A stretch of 64,000 nt of DNA from a virus. Taxonomy: Duplodnaviria > Caudoviricetes. Positions 10,166 to 19,856 of this stretch are shown piece after piece. The notes under the pieces are model-generated. The model saw only the letters and a program-made list of their open reading frames with translations, was not told the DNA's origin and ran no database searches. Location: IMG/VR virus record IMGVR_UViG_3300028805_000046, positions 32,001-96,000 of that record; one strand, given 5' to 3'. Positions within the stretch are counted from its first letter, which is position 1; the number at the start of each line of letters is the position of its first letter. The position numbers and the translations under genes were made by a program.

Positions 10166-10629
10166 GTATAAAGCTTGCAGATTTTGGACAGACAGTAAGT
10201 CTACTTTATGACAACTGCGAAGTTATCAACATTGACTATTGGGCGATAGTCAGTCTTTTCTTTTCACATGCAAGAAACGATTATGTTTGGGATCCTCATC
10301 ATAAAGTGATGGACATTTTCCAGCGTGTTAATGACTTCACTCTAACGATTGACATTTCCAATGTTAAGCATTTTTCCACGACTAGACGAAATAGCGAAAC
10401 TGACTCGATGAGCGCTGATGGAAACTACGCTATTGAACGAATTAGAAATGGAAAAGATCTTTGCGCTATCTGTTTCGGTCCAAATCGTTATGACTTAAAC
10501 TGGAAAGATGACACTTATGACGCGTCTTTGTGCGGAACTCCGATTAAGGAGCATTTCAACGCCAATGTAAAAGTTACAGAAAGTGTCGGAAAAGACAATC
10601 ATAAACATTTAATCATCAGAGTCCCGTAA
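10162..10629 (+). CDS. Hypothetical protein
   Basis: Overlapping ATGA start/stop. Confidence 0.65.
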   Translation: MSIKLADFGQTVSLLYDNCEVINIDYWAIVSLFFSHARNDYVWDPHHKVMDIFQRVNDFTLTIDISNVKHFSTTRRNSETDSMSADGNYAIERIRNGKDLCAICFGPNRYDLNWKDDTYDASLCGTPIKEHFNANVKVTESVGKDNHKHLIIRVP

Positions 10630-10672
10630 TGACCAGATAAATACACCAAACAGAATTTTGTGAGGTGTGTTT

Positions 10673-11416
10673 ATGAAAATTGCGGGCTTAGATCTCTCGT
10701 ATACTTCACCTGCGGTAGTTATAGAAGAACTCGATGATGATCTAAATGTTATTTCTTGTACGGGCTACGGATTCGCAATTCCAAAATGGGTTCAACCTAA
10801 CATTGTTGAATACCGTGGCCCTAAAGATTATCCTGATGACTATGCAAGATACAAGTTCTTACAGGATAACATCCTTAAATGGTGTGAAGGCTGCGACTAT
10901 GCCTTCGTTGAAGACTACGCTCTTCAAGCAAATGGCCGAGTATTCAATCTAGCCGAATTTGAAGGCTACATAAAGCAAGAGCTTTATCGTCGTGGCACGA
11001 TTTTAAGATTCTATGTGCCATCTACTAACAAAAAATTCTATTCAGGTTACGGTGGAGCCGATAAGATCTCCATGTATCAGGCTTGGCAGAAATGGCCGGG
11101 CAAGAAACCTTATCTTGACGATCTTCCAATAGTTGACAAGGGAGATGGAGTCAAGCCTACATCTGACATTATTGACGCACATGCGCTTTGCGAGTTTGGA
11201 AGACAAGAACTTCGTCTTCGCAGAGGATTAGATGATCCTGACAAGCTTCCGCAGAACGTGCGTGAGGTTTTCGCATTAAAGAAGGCCAAATCCCTTGAGA
11301 AAATTGCGAAAAAGAAGGAAAAAGGAACCGCTAAGAAGCGAGAAAAGGTCGCTTTAGGCATTCTTGAAACTTCTATGATGGGTCAAAACCTAAAAGACAT
11401 TGATAAAGGGCAATAA
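10673..11416 (+). CDS. RuvC-like (RNase H fold) resolvase/nuclease
   Basis: IAGLDLSYTSPAV, FVEDYA, LAEFEG, KISM, SDIIDA; late-type GATAAATA at 10636-10643. Confidence 0.75.
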   Translation: MKIAGLDLSYTSPAVVIEELDDDLNVISCTGYGFAIPKWVQPNIVEYRGPKDYPDDYARYKFLQDNILKWCEGCDYAFVEDYALQANGRVFNLAEFEGYIKQELYRRGTILRFYVPSTNKKFYSGYGGADKISMYQAWQKWPGKKPYLDDLPIVDKGDGVKPTSDIIDAHALCEFGRQELRLRRGLDDPDKLPQNVREVFALKKAKSLEKIAKKKEKGTAKKREKVALGILETSMMGQNLKDIDKGQ

Positions 11417-11418
11417 TC

Positions 11419-11943
11419 ATGGGAATGTTCAACGCTGCATACGCAAAAGCGATATTTACTCCTAAACATCCAGAGAAATGTCTTAACACAAACGGCAAAT
11501 GCGAGAAACCGCTGCCTCAGATGCGTTCTTCTTGGGAAATGAAGTTCGCTAACTTTTGCGATATAGAAGAAAACGTCCTGGGTTGGGGTTCTGAGGTAGT
11601 TGAAATTCCGTATATTTCGTCATTAGATGGCAAAACGCATCGCTACATAACTGACTTTGTGCTAGTCACTAAAAACAGAGACACAGATCAGATAGAAAAG
11701 TGGTTGATTGAAGTAAAGCCTGCCTCTCAAGTTCCTAAACTTGATGAATTTGGCAAGATCATCTTCCCAGAACTGAATAAGAAGAAGCGTCTTACTGAAC
11801 AGCGCATTGAACGATGGCGAGAGTGCTGCAATGTGCTTAAAAAGAACCATGAGAAATGGACTGCTGCAAGAAAATGGGCAAAAGATCATGGTTATTTCTT
11901 TAAAGTCATAACTGAAGTAGAACTTGACCTGATGAATAAATAA
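11419..11943 (+). CDS. gp4: Head completion nuclease (T4 gp4 family)
   Basis: RSSWEMKF, WGSE..IPY, HRYITDF, LIEVKP, KWTAARKW. Confidence 0.85.
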   Translation: MGMFNAAYAKAIFTPKHPEKCLNTNGKCEKPLPQMRSSWEMKFANFCDIEENVLGWGSEVVEIPYISSLDGKTHRYITDFVLVTKNRDTDQIEKWLIEVKPASQVPKLDEFGKIIFPELNKKKRLTEQRIERWRECCNVLKKNHEKWTAARKWAKDHGYFFKVITEVELDLMNK

Positions 11944-11966
11944 AATAAAGAAATTTAGGAGACGCA

Positions 11967-13070
11967 ATGAGCGAAAATATGATTTTAGAAGGCGGAAACG
12001 CCAAAGCAAAGAATGGTGCTGAAGCTGGAAAGATCAGTCTTGCTGATTTTACACCAGAACAGTACGATGATTTTAAGGAAAGCGTGATTAGACTTGTTGA
12101 AGCAATCGGCTTTGCATTTCTTGACTACGCTGGTGAACCACTTTTCGTTGACAAGGCAGCAGTTCGTTCCTTGAAGATCTTCTCAGGATCTGGTCATGAA
12201 TTTTTCAAGCGTTCTAGAGAAGAATACGTCAAGGTTAAGCCGAAGATGGGCGACATTGACGTTCAGATTGACGAAAAGAAGAAAGAAACAGTAAGAAAAT
12301 TCCTTCAGGAAAGCGAAGGAAAAGAATTTGCTGGATTTACTTACCTTGGTTCTCAATTTGGCGGTGACTTCTATAACATTTTCGCTGCACCTAAGAAATT
12401 CCAGCCTGCTGCAAAGAACATTCAGATTGACTTCGAGTTTATCGAGTTTGACGAAGAAGGAAATCCTAATGAATTTGAGATGTTCACTAAGAACTCTGAC
12501 TGGGCAGACCTTTCACAGGGCATTAAGGGACTTGCAAAGCAGTGCTTGATTCCTGCAATCTATAAGGTCATCTACGCAACCCCGGGTATCGTTCTTCAGA
12601 ATAAGAAGGACCTTCCTTCAAAGGCATACAAAGACGAAACTGTGCCTACTAGAACATACGGACCTAAGGGATCTCGTGCTAAGTTCCAGCCTGTAATGAA
12701 CGCCGACGGATCACAGATGATGTATGATGGCAAGCCTGCCTTCCGTGAGTTCCCAGCAAAAGACACTCCGCTCAATCGTGACCTTAACTCGATCTTTACT
12801 GAAATGTTTGGCATTAAGCCTACGCCTAAGACTCGTCAAATGATGAACTCTTACGTTGGAATGCTTCAGTTGATTAAGAAGTACTTGCCAAAGCCAGTAG
12901 TTCAGAAGGTTTACTTGAACTACAAGGACAACATCTATACTCAAGTTGATGATCCTGCTGTTGGTGATGCAATCATTCAGAAGTTCAAGGAGATCTGCCC
13001 GTTCGTTCATGACCTTGACGAAAAGATGTCACTTGAGCTTTACTTCAAACAGACAATTCTAGGAGAATAA
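11967..13070 (+). CDS. Pol-beta-superfamily nucleotidyltransferase, putative head-packaged
   Basis: FSGSG...GDIDVQ...IQIDF catalytic pattern; N-terminal MILE/GGN; AATAAATA late box at 11935-11942. Confidence 0.7.
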   Translation: MSENMILEGGNAKAKNGAEAGKISLADFTPEQYDDFKESVIRLVEAIGFAFLDYAGEPLFVDKAAVRSLKIFSGSGHEFFKRSREEYVKVKPKMGDIDVQIDEKKKETVRKFLQESEGKEFAGFTYLGSQFGGDFYNIFAAPKKFQPAAKNIQIDFEFIEFDEEGNPNEFEMFTKNSDWADLSQGIKGLAKQCLIPAIYKVIYATPGIVLQNKKDLPSKAYKDETVPTRTYGPKGSRAKFQPVMNADGSQMMYDGKPAFREFPAKDTPLNRDLNSIFTEMFGIKPTPKTRQMMNSYVGMLQLIKKYLPKPVVQKVYLNYKDNIYTQVDDPAVGDAIIQKFKEICPFVHDLDEKMSLELYFKQTILGE

Positions 13071-13071
13071 C

Positions 13072-14796
13072 ATGCCAGTAGCAATGAAGACAATCACTTC
13101 TACCAAGAAAGGTTCAGAAGGTGAAAAGGTCGAGATTAGAGATTATTGGTTTAAGTCAAGTATGGAACCTATTGCAGTCGCTTACGGCTGCTTTAGCCCA
13201 TTTACAGGAAAGTATGGACATGCTCGCCTTCTCGAAAATGCAAAGGAACATGGCATTAACAAGTTTATCATCTGTTCTCCGAACAAGAAGCAAGTAGTTG
13301 ACAATGACAGAAACATGTTCACGCTTGAACAGAAAGTAGAAATTGCTGACAAAGGCGCAAAGTCACTTGGCTATAACGTCATTGACGCTTTCATTGCTTC
13401 AAGCAATTTTGTCGTTTCTAACCTTTTAGAGATTGCTGAGAAATACCCAGAAAATCGTATCGTGCTTTGTTGCGGTCCTGACCGTATTGCTGAATATGGA
13501 CGATACATGAACAAGTTTGAAGCAGGTAGAAACCAGCTGCCAGACGATTCTGACCCTAAGCCGGGTAAGTTTGAATTTCTTACTCTTGAAGACCGCGGCG
13601 AAAAGAATGTTTCTGGTACTGCTATTCGTGCTATGATTCGTAACGGCGACCGTGAAGGATTCCTTGAGATGACAGGATATTCTCCAAAGATGTGGGATCT
13701 TGTTTACGGAATGGCAAAGAAGAACGGTGTACTTGAAGAACGCTTCTCTGACTTCTTCGCTGATACTCAGCTTGATGAAGCTCTTGCTGCAACGAACCGT
13801 GTTGGCATTAAGCACTTGTACAACCCGGGCAACGCACAGGAACTTGGTGCATTAGAATTCTTTGACCTTCTTGACCTTCTTGAAGAAGATGGCGGTAAGC
13901 TCGTCAATGGTAAGAATTTCTCGATGACAGAAAAGTCTGATGGAGCTGCATTCCGTATGGGCGTTGATGATGAAGGCAAGTTCTTCGTAGAACAGTCTTA
14001 CTCTGGCCCAATCTACGACTCTGATTTTATCCGTGATAAGTACAGCAAGAAATTTGGTCGTGTAAACCGTCTTGCTAGAGGCTGGGCAAATATCATTGAC
14101 ATTCTTCAGGCAGATGAAAAGACTCAGACTTGTATGTCTAAGATCTTTGACGACATTGGACCGTTCAAGATTTCTGGTGAAATCTTCATTTCAGAACTTG
14201 GTATGAAGGACGAAAATGGATACGTCACTTTCGTCGGTTCTCGTTATGATCCTAAGCGCCTTGGCGAAGATGCGACAATCGTTATGTTCGCTGTCAATGA
14301 CGCCGATGGAGAATCTGTTCCTGATACTCAGAAGATTATTAAGTACTTGATAAAGAATGGCTCTTCAAAGTCAATCAAGTATGATGACGCCGAATTGAAT
14401 GTCAAGCAGAACATCGCGATTGACGTTGGAACAGAAATCAAGAAGATTCGTGCTAACGTTGACCGTTTTGAAAAAGAAAACGAACTCTCTATTACTGATG
14501 TACTTAACAATCCTTCAAGAAAGAAATCTGACATCCAGTTGAAGAAATTCGTTCGTACTTTCGTTGAAGAACAGCAAGGCGTTCTCAATGCCAAGTTTGA
14601 AACTCAGCTTGAGCATTACGAAGGTAAGTGGGGTCCGGATTATGAAGGCGTCGTTATCAAGTTGAAAGATGGAACGATGATTAAGATTACTTCTAAGGGC
14701 TTTAAGGAATTTAAGGCAAAACATGATGACAGTCTTCAGAAGTGGATCATGGAGAACAAGTCGTTCGTTAGTGAATTTGAAAGATATATACGCTAA
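13072..14796 (+). CDS. Fusion of a HIGH-type (cytidylyltransferase-like) NTase and an ATP-dependent ligase-type adenylation domain
   Basis: N-terminal: GCFSPFTGKYGH, CGPDR, VSGTAIR. C-terminal: TEKSDG (motif I), SGEIF, EGVVIK, MIKI. Confidence 0.7.
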   Translation: MPVAMKTITSTKKGSEGEKVEIRDYWFKSSMEPIAVAYGCFSPFTGKYGHARLLENAKEHGINKFIICSPNKKQVVDNDRNMFTLEQKVEIADKGAKSLGYNVIDAFIASSNFVVSNLLEIAEKYPENRIVLCCGPDRIAEYGRYMNKFEAGRNQLPDDSDPKPGKFEFLTLEDRGEKNVSGTAIRAMIRNGDREGFLEMTGYSPKMWDLVYGMAKKNGVLEERFSDFFADTQLDEALAATNRVGIKHLYNPGNAQELGALEFFDLLDLLEEDGGKLVNGKNFSMTEKSDGAAFRMGVDDEGKFFVEQSYSGPIYDSDFIRDKYSKKFGRVNRLARGWANIIDILQADEKTQTCMSKIFDDIGPFKISGEIFISELGMKDENGYVTFVGSRYDPKRLGEDATIVMFAVNDADGESVPDTQKIIKYLIKNGSSKSIKYDDAELNVKQNIAIDVGTEIKKIRANVDRFEKENELSITDVLNNPSRKKSDIQLKKFVRTFVEEQQGVLNAKFETQLEHYEGKWGPDYEGVVIKLKDGTMIKITSKGFKEFKAKHDDSLQKWIMENKSFVSEFERYIR

Positions 14797-14808
14797 AGGA
14801 GATTTTAG

Positions 14809-16533
14809 ATGTCCATAGAATTAAAAGAATCATTCGGTGAATGGCTCAATGCAAAGGGCATTTCCACCGAATTTGCCTTAGATGAAGCCGCAAGCAAGAA
14901 GCCTGCTAAGAAAGCAGCTCCTGCTGCAGCTAGTAAGAAATTGTCATCTACTGAAAAGAGCGTTGCGAAAAACTCTGACTTCTTTGGAGAACTCGCAAAG
15001 GTAATTGGTACTGAAGGTCAGTTTTTGACTTCAGGAGCAGCTCGTCAAAAATTGAAAGATGGATATGATGGAATCATTCCTGTATTCATCAACGGCGAAG
15101 GCGGTCCTCAAGCTAAACTTTACATCTCAAAGGCTTATGCAAATGATGTAAAGGCAAAACTTGATGCTGCTGGATATGAAACAGAAATTGTCGGTTCATC
15201 TCTTGCTGTAAAGAGTGCAGATGGAACTGAAACTGAAATTCATATTGGCGGAAATGAAATTAAGCTAGAAGTTGGTAAAGGCTCTGGCGCTGGAAGCGCT
15301 ATTGAAAAGTATCTTGTGCCGGCAACTCCTACTCAGGAATCTATCATTGCTTCAATCCTTCAAGCAAAGGCAGAAAATGCAGTCAAGGATCCGGGCGATG
15401 TTCCAGAATGTGTAAAGAACTTCCTTGGTGAAAAGGTCATTAAGAAACTCTCTGCATTTGGACGCTGGCTTCTTTCATCAAATCCAGTTACCCATACAGG
15501 CGTCTGCTATTACGATTCATTCAGAGTTCCTGATGATGACGTAGAAGGTTTTCAGGTTGAACTTGCACACTTCCTTTTCAACGGAACAGAAACATGGTAC
15601 AAGTCATTTGAAAAACTTTATAACAGCAACATCCTTCAGGAAATTTCGTCTGTCTTTAAGAACGGCGTAAGCAACTGGAAGCAAGCTTTGTTCTTGCACT
15701 TCTGGCGTTACTTCCACGGTCAAGATCTTCGTGATACTTGGGTAGATCATTATCTTAATGATGGCCGCTGTGGCGCAGTAAAGGACAATGTTGATAAGGC
15801 GGATATCTTCCTTTGCTTCAACCCAAGAATGGCACAGAAGATCGTTCAGGACTTGCTTACTACGAAGACACGTCAAGAATACTTTGATAAGATGACTCGA
15901 TACATCAATGACAAGTCATTCATCGGTATTTCTTTGAAGAAGATTGGAAGCAGCGTTACTTTGTCTGCTGTCAACTTCAAGACATACACCAACGCAACTG
16001 GTGATAACATCAACCCAGAAAAGAAGGTGCTTTTGAAGTTCGTCAAGCCAGGTGACAAGAACAACACTTTGAACATTGCAGCCGCAAAGATCATGCCATC
16101 TACTTCTGATGCAAATGTTACTTACACGATTGAAGTTCCGTTCAACCCAAATCATGCTCATGATCTTCACATGCCTGACAATTCATGCATGCTTATTACA
16201 GTTCGTTCTAATGGTTCTAGCTTTGGTAAGATAACCGTTGAAGCTAAGTTCAAGAACGCTGCTGCACAGCTCGGTAAACTTGTTGAACCTTTGAAGACAT
16301 TCTTTGGTTATTCTCCGACTGACGCATTGAAGAACCGTGCTAAGCCTCGCATGACGCCTCAGGAAGTATCTGCTGCATATCGTTCTATCGCTGAGGACAT
16401 TATTGGAATGTTCCAGCAAAAGGAAGAAGCAGTCTATCAGATGCTTGCACAAGGCATTGGATATCCAATTCAAGTTGGTAAAGATCCTTCTAATGTAAAG
16501 ATTGACTCTGCACCTTACATTAAGATCTACTAA
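14809..16533 (+). CDS. Putative head-packaged protein with a PD-(D/E)xK-like segment
   Basis: N-terminal LKE/LDE sites and Ala/Lys linker; KADIFL...IGISLKK resembles a restriction-endonuclease-like core. Confidence 0.5.
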   Translation: MSIELKESFGEWLNAKGISTEFALDEAASKKPAKKAAPAAASKKLSSTEKSVAKNSDFFGELAKVIGTEGQFLTSGAARQKLKDGYDGIIPVFINGEGGPQAKLYISKAYANDVKAKLDAAGYETEIVGSSLAVKSADGTETEIHIGGNEIKLEVGKGSGAGSAIEKYLVPATPTQESIIASILQAKAENAVKDPGDVPECVKNFLGEKVIKKLSAFGRWLLSSNPVTHTGVCYYDSFRVPDDDVEGFQVELAHFLFNGTETWYKSFEKLYNSNILQEISSVFKNGVSNWKQALFLHFWRYFHGQDLRDTWVDHYLNDGRCGAVKDNVDKADIFLCFNPRMAQKIVQDLLTTKTRQEYFDKMTRYINDKSFIGISLKKIGSSVTLSAVNFKTYTNATGDNINPEKKVLLKFVKPGDKNNTLNIAAAKIMPSTSDANVTYTIEVPFNPNHAHDLHMPDNSCMLITVRSNGSSFGKITVEAKFKNAAAQLGKLVEPLKTFFGYSPTDALKNRAKPRMTPQEVSAAYRSIAEDIIGMFQQKEEAVYQMLAQGIGYPIQVGKDPSNVKIDSAPYIKIY

Positions 16534-16551
16534 CGAGAAAATATTTCTTTC

Positions 16552-16586
16552 ATGGGGCGCTTCGGCGCCCCATTTTTTGTTATATT
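16552..16586 (+). terminator. Terminator (TTCG loop) plus extended -10 promoter
   Basis: ATGGGGCGC-TTCG-GCGCCCCAT, T run, TGTTATATT, then 6 nt to ATG 16593. Confidence 0.85.
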
Positions 16587-16592
16587 TGAATT

Positions 16593-17405
16593 ATGAATAT
16601 ACACGAAGATCTTTGGAAAGCATTTAACGACATTCATTTTGATGATGAAGAAGGTAAGCATCTTTATACAGATTCTTACGGGACAATTTATAAGTCAGCG
16701 ACAGGCTGGGCAGGCTCTTTTTCTGAACCGTTTGATAATGAACGAGTTCTTGACGAAATGTCAGCAAGACGAGTTGAAAAAGGTGGAGAACCAATCTCAC
16801 CTGAAGAAAGAGAAGAGCTTAAAGCAAAGTGGTCTTATGCTGGCGACTATGCCCGTAAGCTAGGCACTGAAATTCATTCTGTTCTTGAAAATCTTTGGTA
16901 CAAGAAAGATTATTTCATGGACAAGCGTCTTCTTGTCAATTTTCCAGAAATGAAGGAAGACTTTGATGAACGTAAGAAGAAATGCAAAGTTCTTTTCAAC
17001 AAGATGAAACGAATTTACGCTCCCGTGGAAAATGAATTCATCGTTTATGACAGAGACTTGGCTCTTTGCGGCACGATTGACTTTCTTGCTTACAATATGA
17101 AGACAGGAAAATACGAAATCATTGACTGGAAGACATCAAAGTCACTTGATACGCAGAATTTTTATGGAAAGACTTTGAAGGCGCCGTTTGACGATTTGCC
17201 AGAAACGAATGTATCTGAATATTCACTGCAGCTTTCTTTGTATAAGTACTTGCTTGAGAAACATACTGACATAAAGATTGACAGAATGCTCTTATTCCAG
17301 ATTCCAAATAAAGATCAGGCAGTTGGGCAAATTGTGCAATGTTATGACTTGTCTGGCCGAATAGGCGAATACTTAGAGAAAGAAAAAGACAAAAATCTGA
17401 AGTGA
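16593..17405 (+). CDS. PD-(D/E)xK exonuclease (Cas4/RecB-like)
   Basis: GTEIH, CGTIDF, IIDWKT, YSLQLSLY. Confidence 0.85.
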   Translation: MNIHEDLWKAFNDIHFDDEEGKHLYTDSYGTIYKSATGWAGSFSEPFDNERVLDEMSARRVEKGGEPISPEEREELKAKWSYAGDYARKLGTEIHSVLENLWYKKDYFMDKRLLVNFPEMKEDFDERKKKCKVLFNKMKRIYAPVENEFIVYDRDLALCGTIDFLAYNMKTGKYEIIDWKTSKSLDTQNFYGKTLKAPFDDLPETNVSEYSLQLSLYKYLLEKHTDIKIDRMLLFQIPNKDQAVGQIVQCYDLSGRIGEYLEKEKDKNLK

Positions 17406-17409
17406 CCAA

Positions 17410-17438
17410 TTTACAAGTTTCATAAAAGTTGTTATTTT
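17410..17438 (+). promoter_or_regulatory. Sigma70-type promoter
   Basis: TTTACA-17-TATTTT with a TG extension. Confidence 0.65.
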
Positions 17439-17520
17439 TGAAAAAAAAGGAACCGATATGAAACTTGAAGAATTTTTTGACATTTTACATTGGAAACCTA
17501 CACTATAAGGAAATGAAATT

Positions 17521-18459
17521 ATGAGCTTAGAAGATTTTATCGGTTACACAGAAGAGACGCCGCCGCAGCGTGAAAAGGTGCTTCTCGTTGACACAAACAA
17601 TATGTCAATGCGCTGTCTTTACGCCACGCCGTATGATCCTACGGATACCGACTTTACTTCTTACAAGACTGCGTTCATGATGTCTTTAAAGAAAGCAATT
17701 AAGCAGTTCCATCCGACAAAGATTATCTTTTGTCAGGAAGGCGGCAATAATTGGCGCAAGCAAGAATATGATGGTTACAAAGCAAGTAGAGCGGAAGGTT
17801 ATTCAGCCTCTCTCGTTGATTTTGACGCCTTTTTCAAGATGAATAATGAGTTTATTGCTGGACTTCAAAAAACACTTCAGAATGCATTATTCCTGCGCAT
17901 TCCAAGACTTGAAGCAGACGATCTTATCGCCCTCATTACAAAGTATAAGCAAGATTGGGATATTTTGCTTATCTCGACTGACCACGACTTTTACCAGCTT
18001 CATAAGTTTGAAAACTTTGAGCAGTATGATCCTGTGAAACATAAGTTCATTGAAGTTCTTAATCCTGAACTTGCTTTGATGCAAAAGATCATCACAGGCG
18101 ATGCGTCTGACGACATTCCAAAGCTTAAGGACCGTGTAGGTCCAAAGACTGTTGAAAAGATCTTACTTGAAGGTCTTGATGAATGGTTAGATGAAAATGA
18201 CTTGCATGCTGCATTTGACAGAAACAGAAAGATCATTGACTTCGAGTACATTCCAAAGGAATTTCACCAGCCTGTCATTGATGCAGTTGATTCTTGGAAG
18301 CAAGGCAAATTCAATGGCAATGAATACTACACTTTCGTCATCAAGCAACAGATTCCTCGTGAACTTGAAAAACTTGATGAATCTCTTGAAATCTTCTCAA
18401 GAGTAAAATCTGCTGAAAAGGAAAAAGATGGAAGCGAAACACAGAAGAATTTATCGTAA
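17521..18459 (+). CDS. rnh: T4-type RNase H / 5'-3' flap exonuclease
   Basis: LLVDTNN, NWRK..Y..YKASR, LEADDLIA, STDHDFYQL, GDASDDIP..VGPKT. Confidence 0.92.
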   Translation: MSLEDFIGYTEETPPQREKVLLVDTNNMSMRCLYATPYDPTDTDFTSYKTAFMMSLKKAIKQFHPTKIIFCQEGGNNWRKQEYDGYKASRAEGYSASLVDFDAFFKMNNEFIAGLQKTLQNALFLRIPRLEADDLIALITKYKQDWDILLISTDHDFYQLHKFENFEQYDPVKHKFIEVLNPELALMQKIITGDASDDIPKLKDRVGPKTVEKILLEGLDEWLDENDLHAAFDRNRKIIDFEYIPKEFHQPVIDAVDSWKQGKFNGNEYYTFVIKQQIPRELEKLDESLEIFSRVKSAEKEKDGSETQKNLS

Positions 18460-18934
18460 GAGCTTAAAGCTCTACGAAGATCTTTCTACTTGTGCAAGAC
18501 TTCATGTTGCAGCTCTTCTTGTAAAAGATGGCCGCATTCTTTCTGTCGGTTATAACGGTGTTCCTTCTGGTGATAGTCACTGCAAGGACACCTTTATTCA
18601 GATGGACGGAAAGTTTTACATTGGGCCTTTTGGACCTCCTGATGAATTTGAAAGGTCAAGAGTCTCCGAACAAGAATGGAAAGAAAAACATCACGAATTT
18701 TCTGAAAAGCATGAAATACATGCTGAAATGAACTGCATTGCTTATGCGACAAAGAATCACGTTGACATCACTGGCTGCGCCTTGATTGTATCAATCTCGC
18801 CGTGCATTCACTGTGCCAAATTGATTTTGTCAGTCGGCATTAAGCAAGTCTATTATGAAAATGAATATGACCGCGCCGCTTCTGAAGGAATAAATTTCCT
18901 AAGGGAACATGGCGTATCTTGTGAGAAATTATGA
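18428..18934 (+). CDS. cd: dCMP deaminase
   Basis: GYNG, HAEMN and SPCIHC zinc motifs. Confidence 0.92.
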   Translation: MEAKHRRIYRKSLKLYEDLSTCARLHVAALLVKDGRILSVGYNGVPSGDSHCKDTFIQMDGKFYIGPFGPPDEFERSRVSEQEWKEKHHEFSEKHEIHAEMNCIAYATKNHVDITGCALIVSISPCIHCAKLILSVGIKQVYYENEYDRAASEGINFLREHGVSCEKL

Positions 18935-19848
18935 AAGCACTTGTAATATCTGACATACATTCTGACTTCTGGACTCCTTATAGCAGGGAGCCGTTAGTTG
19001 GTTCTGATCCAACAGACACAGCAGTCTATAAAGGTCTTGACTTTGTTTGGGACACATTTAGCAATCGTTTCCCTAAGACAGACGCTATCATCATTCCTGG
19101 CGACATTAGCAACGACTTCTTAACCTTTGTCCGTGTTACAAAGTGGCTGTCAAAGAAGTATAAGAAAGTCTACATTGTCCCTGGCAATCACGATGCGACT
19201 GTCCGTGGAGGAACTTCTTCAGAGTCAAATCTTATGTTCAAGACTACTGAAGAAAAGTTTAAAGCAATGGAAAACGCCTGCAAGCAGCTTGGAAATGTCT
19301 TCTTCCTTGAAGGAAAAATCATTGATGAAATTGCTGGCTGTATGGGCGTGAATGACTTTAAATGCGATACATATCAGTTTGGACCGCCACAGTACATTCG
19401 TTGGAAGAAATGGTATGACGGCAAGTATTGGCGTTATTTCGGCCAGCACCATGACGAGATCTTAAAGTACTATGATGAGACGCTTACTAACCTTTGCAGT
19501 AAGCAGCCTAAGATCATAGCTACGCATTTCGTTCCGTATGAGGCCGGCGTCAACTTCAACTACCGCAACAGTCAGTACAATGAAATGTTCTTCTTCCAAG
19601 GCGAAAAGTACTTGAACATGCTTCCTGACGGTGCTTTATGGCTTTGTGGTCATGTACACGATAGAAAGTATGTCGAGTACTACACAAAGGACGGAAAGAA
19701 GATTACGATTCTTTGTAACCCGCTTGGCTATCCGGGCGAACAGACTTCAAAAGGCGACGTCTGGATTTATCCAAAAGGCGAAGGAACGCTTCAGCGCAAG
19801 TATGAAAATATCGCTGAAGATAAGTACATTATAGATATTCCAGATTAG
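18931..19848 (+). CDS. Calcineurin-like metallophosphoesterase
   Basis: SDIH, PGDI, GNHD, THF, GHVH, NPLGYP. Confidence 0.88.
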   Translation: MKALVISDIHSDFWTPYSREPLVGSDPTDTAVYKGLDFVWDTFSNRFPKTDAIIIPGDISNDFLTFVRVTKWLSKKYKKVYIVPGNHDATVRGGTSSESNLMFKTTEEKFKAMENACKQLGNVFFLEGKIIDEIAGCMGVNDFKCDTYQFGPPQYIRWKKWYDGKYWRYFGQHHDEILKYYDETLTNLCSKQPKIIATHFVPYEAGVNFNYRNSQYNEMFFFQGEKYLNMLPDGALWLCGHVHDRKYVEYYTKDGKKITILCNPLGYPGEQTSKGDVWIYPKGEGTLQRKYENIAEDKYIIDIPD

Positions 19849-19856
19849 GAGTAAAC

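Noticed and set aside
11419-11943. TnsA of a Tn7-like transposon
   Set aside because: No TnsB/C or transposon ends; motifs and late context fit the gp4 head-completion nuclease.
11967-13070. CBASS CD-NTase
   Set aside because: Only the generic Pol-beta catalytic pattern is visible, with no CBASS effector or Cap genes nearby. Kept as an unassigned NTase.
16593-17405. Cas4 of a CRISPR-Cas locus
   Set aside because: No Fe-S cysteine set, other cas genes or array; it is a typical stand-alone phage PD-(D/E)xK exonuclease.
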